A stretch of 64,000 bases of DNA from the human T2T-CHM13v2.0 reference genome, Homo sapiens, in the NCBI RefSeq assembly GCF_009914755.1, contig NC_060926.1; one strand, given 5' to 3'. How positions within the stretch are numbered: the first letter of the stretch is position 1; the number at the start of each line of letters is the position of its first letter. Under the pieces are notes generated by a model. The model did not search any database. It was not told where the DNA came from and saw only the letters and a list, made by a program, of their open reading frames with translations. Positions 1 through 16,901 of this stretch are shown here, one piece after another. The translations under genes and the position numbers were made by a program.

Positions 1-250
<250 letters not shown>

Positions 251-253
251 AAA

Positions 254-509
254 GTTACCCCTTTTTATAAGGACATCAGTCATATTGGATTAGGGCCCAC
301 CCTGATTACTTCATCTTAACTAATTGCATCTTTAATGACCCAATTTCCAAATTAGGTCATATTCTAAGGTGCTAGCTGTTAGAACGTCAATATAAGAGTT
401 CTTAGGGACACAGTTCAACCCATAACAGTTACATTCCTAGGAACCAGGAGTTAGGACATAGACATATCTTTCAGGGTGGTGGTGGGGAGACACAATTCTG
501 CCCACTACA
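254..509 (-). mobile_element. MLT1-type (ERVL-MaLR) LTR fragments; two successive LTR ends at 427 and 509
   Basis: cttttataaggaca..attggattagggccc..ggacacagttcaacccataaca and gacacaattctgcccactaca. Confidence 0.65.
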
Positions 510-519
510 GCGTTTGTTT

Positions 520-1975
520 TTGCTTTTCAATATTTTAAATATTTCACTCCCCTCTCTTTTTGGTTGCACATGGCTGGTACCATTCCAGAAGGGAAGTTTA
601 TTTATTATATACAATGGATGCCTTAGCCATTTTACCCTTAATATTTCAATGTGTATTTCATAGAATAAGGATATTTTCTTACATAACTGCAAAAACAATA
701 ATATTCAGGGAATTCAACATTAATAAAATATTTTGTCTAATCTACCATCAATAGTCTAGTTTCCTCAATTGTCCCAATAATTTTTTTTCCCTTGAAAAGA
801 ATTCTGCTCTAGATCATATATTCATTTAGTTGTCATGTATCTTTTTAGTGTCTCTTTCAATCTAAAACAAGTCCTTAGCCTTTCTTGGCTTTCATGACAT
901 TGACATTTTTAAAAGAATACTGGCCAGTTGTTTTTTAATACTGTATGTCTGATTTTGGCTTTGTCTGATATTTACTCATGATTAAATTCAGGTTATACAT
1001 TTCTAGTCAGAATACTACACAGTGTTATCCTCCCTCACAGGTGACAGTAGTTTTGATCACTCAGGCAAAGTATTGTTTGTTTCTGTATATATAGTTACTA
1101 TATGCCCCCTGGCAACTGGCAGGAGGCACTTTAAGACAGCAGTCCCCAACTTTTTTGGCAACAGGGACCAGTTTCATGTAAAGCAATTTTTCCACAGACA
1201 GGAGATTGGGGGTGTAGGAGATGGGGAGATGGTTTCAGGATGAAACTGTTCCACTTCAAATCATCAGGCTTTAGATTCTCATAAGGAGCACACAACCTAC
1301 ATACCTCAGATGCACAGTTCACAATAGGGTTTGAGTTCCCGTGAGTTCCCGCCACTGATCTACAGGAGGCAGAGCTCAGGCGGTAATGCTCGCTCAGCTG
1401 CTGCTCACCTCCTGCTGTGTGACCTATTTCTAACATGCCACGGACCAGTACTGGTCTGTGACCAGGGGACTGGGGACCCCTGCTTTAAGATCATGCAAAT
1501 CTTGTTCCTCATCAAACCTCTCCTCAATCCTGACCCCAGAGTTATACCCATTAATGATTCTTGTCCAATCAATCTTTACTATGATGATTGCAAAATGATT
1601 CTCTAATTTGACTGTTTATTCCACATTTATTAATCAGCATCCTAGCATATGGAAAAGTTTTCCTTTTCACCAATTTATCTATCATCAGTATGGACTCATG
1701 AGTTCCTATTTTTTCAATGGTTCAATATTGTCCTTATTTATTTTGATGCCAAATAGTCCTAGATTTGGCCACTAGGGGCCTCTTCAAGCTAGCTTCTGTG
1801 TTCTTTCAACATGTCTTTATCATTTTTTTAAACACTTCCTTGCTTTCTGTTAACATTACGATGTTCCAGGATAATCATACCTTTTCTTCCCCAGCCCTGG
1901 AGACCAGCCATTTCTCCAGAAATCCCCGATTCCTTTTAGTAGGAAATGGTATTAGAAAACAAAATATGAGTTCCA
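520..1975 (-). mobile_element. Old L1M (L1ME/MC-type) 3' region interrupted by MER1B
   Basis: Degenerate L1M 3' motifs (catttagttgtcatgt, cttgacatttttaa..tactggccag); approximate limits. Confidence 0.5.
1137..1482 (-). mobile_element. MER1B hAT-Charlie MITE
   Basis: TIRs cagcagtccccaac / ggggacccctg; 8-bp TSD ctttaaga at 1129-1136 and 1483-1490. Confidence 0.9.
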
Positions 1976-2015
1976 GACATACTGATTACTTATCAGGATA
2001 AGTCTGAGTCTACAT

Positions 2016-2400
<385 letters not shown>

Positions 2401-2448
2401 TATGGAATATCACTATTCTAGACCACTGCAGTAGGCAAATCTAGGAAA

Positions 2449-2452
2449 CACA

Positions 2453-2488
<36 letters not shown>
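2449..2488. repeat. (CA)n microsatellite
   Basis: Directly visible. Confidence 0.95.
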
Positions 2489-2491
<3 letters not shown>

Positions 2492-3120
2492 CCAATTCTC
2501 TATTGCCTTTTAAATATTTTCCTATGTTCCACTTCGTTAATTCTTTAACACATTAAACAATTATTTATTGAGCACATTCTATCAGACAGGTACTCTTCAA
2601 GGCCCTGCAGATCTGGAAATAAAAAGATACAGCCCCTATTCTCTGAAAACATAACATACTTTTTTCTGAAAAGTCAGAAAAGAAATGATTATAAAATAGT
2701 ATAATAAATTCCAGCTCAGCAAGGTTAAAACAGGGTGCTATAACAATATATATACCATTCTGGGCATGTCAAGGAAGGCTTCCTGAGAGAAATGACATTT
2801 AAATTAAGTTTAGAAAGGTAAATAATTATTGGGGTGACAATATGGGAGATAAGCTGAGGGTAACAGAATTTGCTATTCTCCATCACTTTTTTCATCTTTG
2901 TTCCAATTATTCACTTAAAATCCTTTCTTTCTCTTCACCATAACCTTCAAAACTCTGCTTGTCTTTCAAAACCCATCTTTTCTATATATTTCCTAATACC
3001 TCTAACCTTATAAACCCTGAAATATACTGTCTTTACTGACTTCTGGCTCACAAAAGGTTTGGTTTATTTTTGTTGCTATAAATGTTTATAAAAAGAACAT
3101 GGGCTTTGGAATCAGATTTA

Positions 3121-3334
3121 CTGCCTCAGCCTCCCTAGTGGATGGGATTACAGGCACCGCCACCACGCTGGGCAAATTTTTGTATTTTTCACGCTGGGCT
3201 AATTTTTGTATTTTTAGTAGAGATGGGGTTTCGCCATGTTGGCCAGGCCAGTCTCGAACTCTTGACCTCAAGTGATCCCTCTGCTTTGGCCTCCCAAAGT
3301 ACTGGGATTACAGGAATAAGCCACCGTGCCGGGC
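3121..3334 (-). mobile_element. AluS lacking its 3' end and tail, with a 26-bp internal duplication
   Basis: Begins abruptly at ctgcctcagcctcc; duplicated unit at 3164-3189 and 3190-3215. Confidence 0.85.
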
Positions 3335-4232
3335 AGGAAAAGTCTTTCAATGAAAGCTAATTTGTCAGAATCCACATTCCTATTTATAACTGGACCCTGA
3401 TAAAAGAGCTTAAAATTGTTTCCTAATAAAACAAAGCATCTTTATTTTAATAAACATATTTAAATAGATAACGTAATGATAATCAGAAACAATATTAAAT
3501 AGTAGTATCAATAATTTCTTTCCTTTGATATATTAAGAAATCTAACGTTAATTGTCAGGGGGAAGCATATCCAGCAAGAACTAGAGATAACTTATTTTGC
3601 TTTTCATCACAGCTGGTTTAGAAGTACACTAAAGGAAGTATACCCATTATTTTGTTCACACATGAAAAATATGTTTTACAAAATGAATGTTTCTAATGAA
3701 GTATACTTAATTTGTAAAAATTGTAAGCATGAGCATCTAAAACTGTATTGCTTATGTTCTAGAAGAAGGAAAAGGAGCACTCAACAAGATTAATAAATAT
3801 CAAACCTAAAAAGGAAAGCAACGTTACTTCTTCCAAAATAACTGACAGCTGTGCAGATTTTCTTCTTCTGAGCAAACATTTATGGACAAATATGTAGTAC
3901 ATTTGTGTTACCCTCTTATCTTTGACAGTACATTTTAAAAATCATCTTGACATTTCATTTTCTCTCAAATTAGTTTAGGCATAATAGATCTTTAAAAAAA
4001 CTGGGGATGTGAGAAGTTTCAGAGTACACTGCTTGCAATGTTTAAAAAATTACTAAAGCCCACTTTAGTATTATTAATATCTACTATATCATTTTTAAAC
4101 TATATTTGTAAGTTTTCTACATGTAATTATTCAAAATAAGTGTTATGCTAAATAACAATCTACATCTTCTCATGCATGAAATATGCTGATGGTGAATCTT
4201 TGATCATGTTTTCTTCCCAAAGGCAGCCTTAC

Positions 4233-4437
4233 CTGTGGAGTCCAATAAAAAGTAGGGCTCAATCTGTACAGTTTTCGTTTGTGGAAACTCTGAAGTGGCC
4301 TTGTTCGGGCTGATGTACTCATGAAAGTCAAGGATGAAGATTTCAGTCTTGTCCTGTCTTTTCTCTTTTTCTTACTGTGCTTCTGGTTAAGTAACCAGCT
4401 ACTGGAGGAAGACAGCTCATCTAAATTCTCTGATGCA
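4233..4437 (-). CDS. KANSL1L: KANSL1L coding exon (probably exon 6), 205 bp: (S)ASENLDELSSSSSWLLNQKHSKKKRKDRTRLKSSSLTFMSTSARTRPLQSFHKRKLYRLSPTFYWTPQ
   Basis: Acceptor ggcatttcag|T, donor CAG|gtaagg; split codon AG+T gives Ser; ARTRP motif as in KANSL1; basic NLS-like KKKRK. Confidence 0.93.
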
Positions 4438-4824
4438 CTGAAATGCCATGAAATAATTAGGGCGTGGGAAGGGAATAAAACAAAACAAAACAAACAAAAA
4501 AGACAAAGAAAACTAAATGTAAATTGCCTTGATCTATTATGACAGAAAAGTATTAATTTTAACCAATTTTGTGGTAACAATTGGTAAAATATTTTGTATT
4601 AACGGGAAATTACATATTCAAGTTGTGAAAACCATCTTTACATCTATTTTCTCCTGCAAAACAAATATACCATAAGTTAGAAAATGCTCATGAGTTTACT
4701 AGTGTAATGTAATTGCTCATTGTAAAACAATAATTCATGTCAATTACAGTATTTTAACTATTTACACAAAATTCTTTTTGTGTATGATGAAAATACATAG
4801 ATTACAGGTTTTTAAAAGAACTAA

Positions 4825-5183
<359 letters not shown>

Positions 5184-6616
5184 TAAGCACTACATATTAA
5201 TAACATTTCAGTGAATTTTGAAACAGAGCTGTAACCCTACTACATTTTAGGATTTTTTAAAAATTTCCAATGTTACAGAAACAACAACTATAAAATAATG
5301 AAATAGATCACCTAAGCTACACATGAAAAGAGCATAATTTTATATTTATTCTTTATATTATTTTTTAAAAATTATATTTAAATATTTCAAATATTTTACA
5401 ATATCAGAACATCAGGAGGATGATAACCCTCGTTGCCACATAAATTTAACTTCATTTATACTATCATATTATATATACAATAATTAAGCTTTTCAGGCCC
5501 TACAAGGTACCAATTTTAACCTTAGTTATGTAGACAAAAGCTAGTCAATTTAGTATTCTAATATTAACAAATGAATCTGCTATTATGTGATACTGCTGTT
5601 CAATATATAAGTTCTAAATATGCTATTTGGTTCAAGTAGAATTGGTGTTTACCAGTAAATATAAAATATGGTTTTTCTATAGCAGTATTGTTTTTGAATC
5701 ATATTTATGGCTACTATAAAATATTATATTAGCTTGTGGATAAAGTAAATAATTCAAGAATGCTTTACATAGTAATAAGAAACCAGAAATAAAGGTGTCT
5801 GAATGGCTTGTGTTGGTAAAACTAAATAAAATAATTAAATATGGCATTTGGTGACCATCATACATTCAACAAATACGTAATTGATTATGCACTACTGGCC
5901 AGACCAATATAGAAAAAAGGAGTTGATGACAACTACCTCACTTTTAAAATATTAAGTCTCCAGAGAGCTCTAGCAAGAATGCTTTAAGTCTCGGTAAATA
6001 AAAGGTTCTAAAAATCTTTCATCATGTTGATGGCTAGGAAAGATTTAGGGTATAATGCTTCTCTCAAATTAACAGGTCCAATCTCACAGCTAGATTTTAT
6101 TTTCTGTCATATCAAGGGGGAGCAGAAGGCATACAGGAGAGCCAATATGAAGTTAGGCACTGAACAGGCTAAGTGGCTAGCATAGAAGTGAGTCGAGGTC
6201 AAGAAGAAGACAGGTTTCAGTAGGTAGCTGGCATTAGAGGCAGTTAAGTCAGGAGATGTAGGATCCAGGAAGTTAGGAGTAGATCCAGCACCAAAAGAGG
6301 TTCTTTGTCCAGCAAGTCAGAAGCACATTTAGGCAGAACTTACACTGGCTCTTAAAAGACATTGCTCAAGGATGTGTCTAGGGAAAATTAAAAGCTTATT
6401 CCAGAGCCTGAGACCTACTTAACTAACTTTTACCACTATTTACAACTCCAGTTGTTAATGAGATGTTAGCTTTCCCCTCCCCATGGAAGGCTTAGCCCAA
6501 AGAAGATGAGCCCTCATCTTATGAAATGAAAGGACACAACTTCTGAACTGGCTAGAGGCTCATAGGCTGGCTTAAAGATAATTGGAAAGCTTATCTTTGT
6601 GTCACTAAATGTTATA

Positions 6617-7010
6617 CAGTCATGTGTCACTTAACAATGGGGATACCTTCTGAGAAATGCATCGTTAGGTTATTTTTTATTTGTGTGAACACCATTGAGT
6701 GTACTTACACAAACCTAGATGGTAAAGCCTATTACACACCTAGGCTATATGGTATAGCCTCTTGCTCCTAGGCTACAAACCTGTAAAACATGTTACCATA
6801 CTGAATGCTGTAGGCAACTGTAACATGATAGACATGGTAAGTATTAGTGTATCTAAACATAGAAAAAGTAATGCATTGCTCTACAACATTATCATAGTTA
6901 CAATGTCACTAGATAATAGAAATTTTTCAGCTTCATTATAATCTTATGGGACCACTGTTGTATATGTGGTCCTTCGTTGACTAGAAACATCATTATGTGG
7001 TGCATTACAG
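6617..7010 (+). mobile_element. Tigger3 (Golem)-family TcMar MITE
   Basis: TA|cagtcatgtgtcacttaac..ttctgagaaatgcatcgttagg..gtgcattacag|TA. Confidence 0.8.
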
Positions 7011-7634
7011 TATACAATTTTTAAATTTCTAAGGGGGCTAACATATTACCAGAGGAAAAAAAGTTCAGTTTTATTTCTTTTCTTATGTTCCCATCTGCAG
7101 GCAAATTATCCTTAGATTCTAACACTTTCTAATTAATAAGAATTCTTGCAAAGTATCATCAACATCTATCCTCAAATAAATGAATACATGGAAATTTAAA
7201 GATGTGAGATATGTTTATTTCACTACTAATCAATGTGCAAACTGCATATTCTCATCAAAGCTAATGTAGTACAAAATCATTTCCATAAATAATGGATGAA
7301 GGTTATTGTAAATGGTTATTGTAAACCACTGATAAATTCACTTATTTCACACATTAACAATAATGAGACGGCCCAATCAATTAACCTCATTGAAAGCAAA
7401 ACATGAGGAAAATCCTGAGAAAATTTTGAGGAAGACAACACAAGCCTGATCCTGTGCCTCTGTAATCTAATGCTTTTTCCCCAGGAGATGATGATTCAGG
7501 TAATTAAGTATTGACTAAAATAGGAACCTAATGATATCTGTAAGACAAGGATATCATTAATAAATCAATATAAGAAACCATCATCACACGACATTCTTTT
7601 AAAAAAAAATAAGGTTTATCTCTTTTTAAAAATC

Positions 7635-7797
7635 TTTCTTTCTTTTTTACAGACAGGGTTTCCTTCTGTTGCCCAGGCTGGAAGGCAGTAGAACAATTGT
7701 AGCTCACTGCAGCCTCAAACTCCTGGGCTCAAGGGATCCTCCTGCCTCAGCTTTCTGAGTAACTAGGACTACAGGTGTGCACCACAACTCCTGCCTA
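7635..7797 (-). mobile_element. FRAM/AluJ right monomer
   Basis: gctcactgcagcctcaaactcctgggctcaag. Confidence 0.75.
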
Positions 7798-7981
7798 GAT
7801 GACAGTCCTTAAAAAATTTTTTTAAAGTCATAATAAGAAGAGGAGAAGGTCCAGAAGAAAAAGAATATTTCAATAAATGATAAAGCTTAGTGTTCCCACT
7901 GAGATTAAAGTGTATCTATGAAACCCTAGAAACTGAGGATGCAACAGGCCACCATCAAATATTGTTGTAGAATAATTATCA

Positions 7982-8283
<302 letters not shown>

Positions 8284-8287
8284 TATG

Positions 8288-8344
<57 letters not shown>

Positions 8345-8420
8345 ATATATATATATATATATATGTATGTGTATATATATATATATATGTATGTGTGTGT
8401 ATATATATATATATATATAT
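8284..8420. repeat. Compound (TA)n/(TATG)/(TG) microsatellite grown from an Alu tail
   Basis: Four (TA)n blocks separated by tgtatgtg. Confidence 0.95.
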
Positions 8421-8654
8421 GGTTATCATTGTACTTCTAAAAAAGCAAGCTTACAAGTGGGAGAGAACCAGCTGAAGCAATACATTCCTTTTTTTTTTTT
8501 TTTAGATTTCTAACTGGAAGCTGGAGAATAATAAAAATCTTCCAAATGATGTAGTTTAGATCCTTTGGGTTGCAGGCATATAACATAACTTGTTCTGAAA
8601 AGGAATTAAATAATTGAGGATGGGGAAGTAGTGAGAGTGGGTTTCAGGCTTATA

Positions 8655-10385
<1,731 letters not shown>

Positions 10386-10633
10386 GAAATACTGTACATA
10401 CACATATGTTGTCAGGTTTATCATTCCAGCCCTGGGTTTAGTACAGCATATGCATAACACACACTACACCTAAATAATTAGTTTGGTGAATAAGTAAATG
10501 TTAAACATTTTAGTCTAAGAGCCAAAGAAGCTCTATTAAATAGAAGGCTACAAGACAACTTTAAAAAAAGATATATATTTCCACTGCCTTGAAGTTTCCT
10601 TCTAAATCTGACTCTTTGGTTTACAAAGTTAGG

Positions 10634-10894
10634 GTTTTTTGTTTTTCAGAGAGAATCTCATTCTGTCTCCCAGGCTGGAGTGCATCTGGTATGAACACAG
10701 CTCACAGCAGTGTCAACCTTCTTGGCTCAAGTGATGCTCCTGCCTCAGGCCTCTGAGTAGCTGGGACTACAGGTGCATGCCACCATGCCTGGCTAATTTT
10801 TTATGTTCCATACAGACAGAGTCTCGTCAAATTTCTTGGATGGTTTGGAACTCCTGGGCTCAAGCGATCCTTCCGTCTCAGCCTCCCAAAGTGC
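10634..10894 (-). mobile_element. AluJ, 5' end missing
   Basis: Diverged Alu ending at cctcccaaagtgc. Confidence 0.8.
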
Positions 10895-11603
10895 ATATTC
10901 CATTTTGATGAAATACTGTAATGCTGATAATTTGTAAGGATGCATTTACCATCCAATCAGAAAGATTACAACATGATAGATGACTGCTTTGGAAAATGCT
11001 GCTACTTAATGATATGTGATAAAAATGCTTTTAGACATTTGGAATCTAAGACATGTACTAAACTACATTCAGCACTCGATGTCAAGCACAGGAAAAGAAA
11101 ATTCAAAGATCTTCAGCATAGGAGTGTGAAAGATCCATATCCTTAAGATATCCTCAAAAGCCAGGAATTACTCATAGTAAGAAGGTCATAATTAAAAATT
11201 TCCCTTGTATACCAGGACAATGATTAACTGAAGAGCTATACTTTATGGAAAAATAGACGAATACCAGCACATGCTAAACTAATGGCCTCCATCTTTTCAT
11301 ATTACCACTTCATGGTGCATATGTCCTGCCCTTTGCTTCAAAATACACTATGGAGCCAAGGAAACTAAGTTCAAGGAATAGCAGCAAATAGGGACTTATT
11401 CAACATACAATTTAAAACTATTGTTTTAAGTCAGTGGTTTCTAACATTTCCCCCACATTCACACCATTCTCAAATTAAACTACTTAAGTAAAAGTAGAAA
11501 TAAACTCTGAAGAAAATTAGAATGTGCATTCTCACAGAGATTATGATAGTTTCCTAGGTGTCCCCCTCCACCCATAAAACTATACACAAATGCCCACACC
11601 CAC

Positions 11604-12026
11604 TAAACTGGGTTGAATAGTGTCTCCTCAAAGCTCATGTCTACCCAGAACCTCAGAATGTAACATTATTTGGAAATACTTGGCAAATGTGATTAGTTAA
11701 GATGAGGACACACTGGATGAGGATGAGCCCTAAATCAAATCAGTGATTTCCTTACAAGAAGAGACACACAAAGAATGCCATGTAAAGATAGAGGCAGAGT
11801 TTGGAGTGATGTGTGTATGTCTTACAAGGAAAGTCAAGGAACTGCAGGCAACCACCAGAAGCTAGGAAGAGGCAAAGAAGGATTCCCTAGAACCTTCACA
11901 GGAAGTATGATCTTGACACCTTAATTTTGAACTTCTAGCCTCCAGAACTGTGTAATAAGAAACACCTGTTATTTTAAGCCACAAAATTAGTGGCTTAAAA
12001 TACAGCGGCCCTAGGAAACTAATATA
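11604..12026 (+). mobile_element. MLT1C-like solo LTR
   Basis: tgggttgaatagtgtc..caccagaagctaggaagaggcaa..cctaggaaactaata. Confidence 0.8.
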
Positions 12027-12296
12027 TCCATAAACATATGCACCTAAGAATCATAGTTATTGCATGACTTGTAATCTCTATTTCAAGTTTCTCCTTTTCC
12101 AGTTGGAAGTCCTTTGATGAATTCAACCTATTGTAACTAAGGTAGGCAGCAACCTTTTCCATACTTTCCCTACTACACAAAGTCCTGCCAATATCTGAAT
12201 TTATTACCTCCTTTATCCTTGATAGTACTGGGAGATACGAATGCATCACATATTCAGATAACCCAATGGCATTTAGGATGGCAGTAATCAAATTTG

Positions 12297-12680
<384 letters not shown>

Positions 12681-12835
12681 CTAGACCATTTCCCTTACTC
12701 TGGGTAATAAGTAGAGAAACTACATCTCTTACTCAAAAATGGAAGTCTCTTCAACTCTAACAATAAGAAAATGTGTTGTAGTACACTGTAAAATGACATT
12801 CTTTAAAAATAAGATGTAGTATCTAAAAAAATTAA

Positions 12836-13129
<294 letters not shown>

Positions 13130-13301
13130 TTAAGATCCATCTTACTGTAGGTACTGAAGTGGGAAATAACTATTTTAAGTATAAAAAGCTTCAGATATAA
13201 TATTAACTGAAAAAGATATAAAATTACTTCTAATAGATCTAAACTATGAAAAGACTATATTAAAAAGATGGCAAGAAAATATACTCTGAGCAATATAGTG
13301 A

Positions 13302-13605
<304 letters not shown>

Positions 13606-13639
13606 TTTTTTTTTCTCTTTTATTAGGATGTCTAATACA

Positions 13640-14050
13640 TTTTGAAATGGCTATTGAAAATAAAAGAGACTTAGGAGACATAATAACCAAATGTAATTTA
13701 TGGACTTCGGATACAGGTTTTAACAAATTAATCATAAAAAGATAATTTTGAGACAAGCAGAAATTTGAATATGGATAGAGAATTTCAAGACTAACAAATT
13801 ATGGTTAACAGTATTAAATGTGATAATAAAGTGGTAGGTATGTTAAAAGGCTTATCAATGAAATATAAAGAACTATTTATAGTTAAAATAACAATCACTA
13901 GAAACTGCTTTACAAATGCCTAGAAAAAGAAAGTGTGTCAGGAAAAGGAATAACAAAAGAATTAGCAAAATTTTGAAAACTGTTAAAGCTGAGAATATGT
14001 GGGTTCACTTTACTATGCTTTCTATATGTCTGAAGTTTTCCACAATAAGA
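13640..14050 (+). mobile_element. Old L1ME 3' fragment
   Basis: aaaagagacttaggagacataataaccaaatgtaat..ataattttgagacaa..aaatttgaatatgga. Confidence 0.55.
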
Positions 14051-15708
14051 GTAGATGGGGGAAAATACCAATTATTACAGAACTATCTGTCATTCTTATC
14101 TCTGGCTCTTAACTTAAAGTGGGACTTTTTAACACATAAAGGCAAAGAGACGAGGAAACCAATATGATAGCCATACTTTTCTACCTGATAATTGAGACAT
14201 AAAGTTTGTCAAATATTTGTCTGATCTGAGGCACTTACAGATAATTTCTATTTTATATTTTAAGGAAAACAAAAATACAAAAAAACTTGAATAAAAGCTG
14301 AAATATTTTTCAAAATCCCATCTTCTCAACAGAAATATAGTTTTCATTTATACCCTTCACATCTTTTTTCTATAAAATCATACTGTACTATAATTTTAGT
14401 GTCCGCATTTTTCCACTTAATATTTCAATATAAGCATGTTTCCATATGATTATATATTTTCTACATACATAATTTTGTATAGTTACATGATATTAGATCT
14501 AGTGGTTGTACCACAATTTATTAATATATTCACTTATATAATATTAGGTTTTAGGCTTATATTAGAGTTATAAAGGAAAAAGTAAACTATGTATATATTT
14601 ATTGTAATTAAATATTTATTAATAATTATTATATATAATATTGTCATTCACAGGAATCCAAAATTATACTGAAAACATCAACTTAGAATATGCTTCTAAC
14701 AAACAATGTTTTCTCATAATTGAGAAGTGACTATTGAAAATATTGAGGGTAAAAAATTTACTTTTTATGTGATTAGTTTGCCAGCCTAACTGCAGTTTTT
14801 CAATTATGATATCCAATTAAGAAAGGATAGTTGCATGTCACATGAGATAATTATCATTAGTAGAAATAAATAGCATGGCAATAATTCATCGGAATTTAAT
14901 TTCATGTCATATTCTGGGACTCATTAAAGCAAAAACAAAACAAACAATGACAAAAATCTAGACACTATTTCAAGTAGGAATTCACTTTCTCAAAGATAAT
15001 ACCCCATGGGATAAACAAGGATTAATTTATAACATTTTATCTTCATTTTAGAGTATGAGATCTGAAAACCAAAAACTATCCCTATGATAATAAAATGTAA
15101 TGCTTCATTTGTTTGAAGACTCAATCTTCTTAGTTGCACAGTTCCTGGTGAGTCATCTGAGACCATACTGCCAAGATTAATAAAGCTAAAAAAAAAAAAA
15201 CTCTTGACACTTTTCTAGGCGATATTGTTATTAAATAAAAGATAGGAGTTAGTAATCAATAAATAGCAAGTGTGCAAACATGCCCTGGGAAATAATTAAC
15301 CAGGTAAGTTTACTTTAAATGCACTGTGAGGACAGATCATTACCATTAATACTTAAAATTATGAAGAATTCATATTTAAGTATGAGTTAATACTTAAATA
15401 CTTAAGAGAATTATATCAAACAAAAGTTCTATATGATCCACAAAAATTAGTATATAGAATGAGGCTAACCTTTAAAAATTAAAAATTTAAATTTCTTCTA
15501 ACCTAATTATATACAAGAATTATGATATAATGTGATATAAAGCTATAATAAGCATGCTTTATTAGAAGAACTGTAACATTTCATTTATGAGTTTCCTTAT
15601 CTGGCAACATCAACTATATATATAGAATGTAGCTGAAATGTTTAAAAGGCCTTTAAATAACAAAAAGAGATCTCAGTAAGTTTATGCATGAAAGTTCACT
15701 CCTGTTCC

Positions 15709-16013
15709 TTTTTTTATTTTTTATTTTATTTTATTTTTTTTGAGACAGGATCTTGCTCTGTCACCTAGGCTGGAGTGCAGTGGCATGGTCATGGCTCACT
15801 GCAGCCCTGACCTCCTGGGACCAAGCAATCCTCCCACCTCAGCGTCCCAAGCAGCTGAGACCACATGCATCAACACATCTGGCTCACTTTTTTAATTTTT
15901 GTAGACATGGAGTCTTCCTATGTTGCCCAAGCTGGATTTGAACTGCTGGTGATCCTCCTGCATCAGCCTCTCAAATTATTGGAATTAACAGGCATGAGCC
16001 ATCATGCCTGGCC
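15709..16013 (-). mobile_element. AluJ
   Basis: Diverged Alu with T tail. Confidence 0.85.
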
Positions 16014-16901
16014 ATCCTCTTGTTGCTTTTAAGAGAGGCCTTCTCTCTTACAGATTTTTTTAAATATCTCTTATTACAGAGACATCTATGTCATCTATCA
16101 CATTGGTTATCTGATTTTCTAGTCCAGAGTCAAATTAGGAAGAGAAGCAGAACTGCAGGAGACAGCCACGAAAGCAACAAATAGAATATCAATCTGACTA
16201 TAGGGAAGAAAAAATATGTTAAGTACAAAATATTCCTTATGAATGCTGAGTATGGGCAAGAAATCATGAACAACATTTCATTCATTCAACAAATATTAAT
16301 TCATGCCCATGATGTGACTCTCTGATCCAAGTACTAAGGAAAACAACAGTTCAGTAAGATAGACCAAAAAATTCTTACTCTCCTGAAGCTTATGTTCAAG
16401 TCCAGGAAGACAGATAATAAGCACGTAAAAAATTAACAAAATAACATCACATTTGTTACCTCATTTGATCTTCACAACACAACCCAGAAAACAGGCTGTT
16501 CTCATTCTATCTAATTCAGATTGCCGTGCAGGATCAATACTACCAATTGGTCAATTTGGGATTGAACCGTGATCTAATTCCAAAGTAATATTCTTAACAA
16601 TAAAAATTATCTTCATAGCACTTGATCAAGGTTTAAAATTATACATTTGTGTGATCATTTAGGTGGTGTCATTTTTTTTTCACAACTAGACTTTATATCA
16701 CAAAGATAGAAATTCCATCTGGTTTTGTTCATTATCATATACCTGGTATCCAATCCAAATGCCTGGCACACAGAAGTCACTCAGTAGGTACTAGTTAATT
16801 ATTCAGTGAATTGTTTTATAGATATACAGCTATTTATCTCAGTAACCCCTGAGAATGTTATCATGGTGGTGAACCTGAGTTATCAAAAAAATTAAGTTCA
16901 G

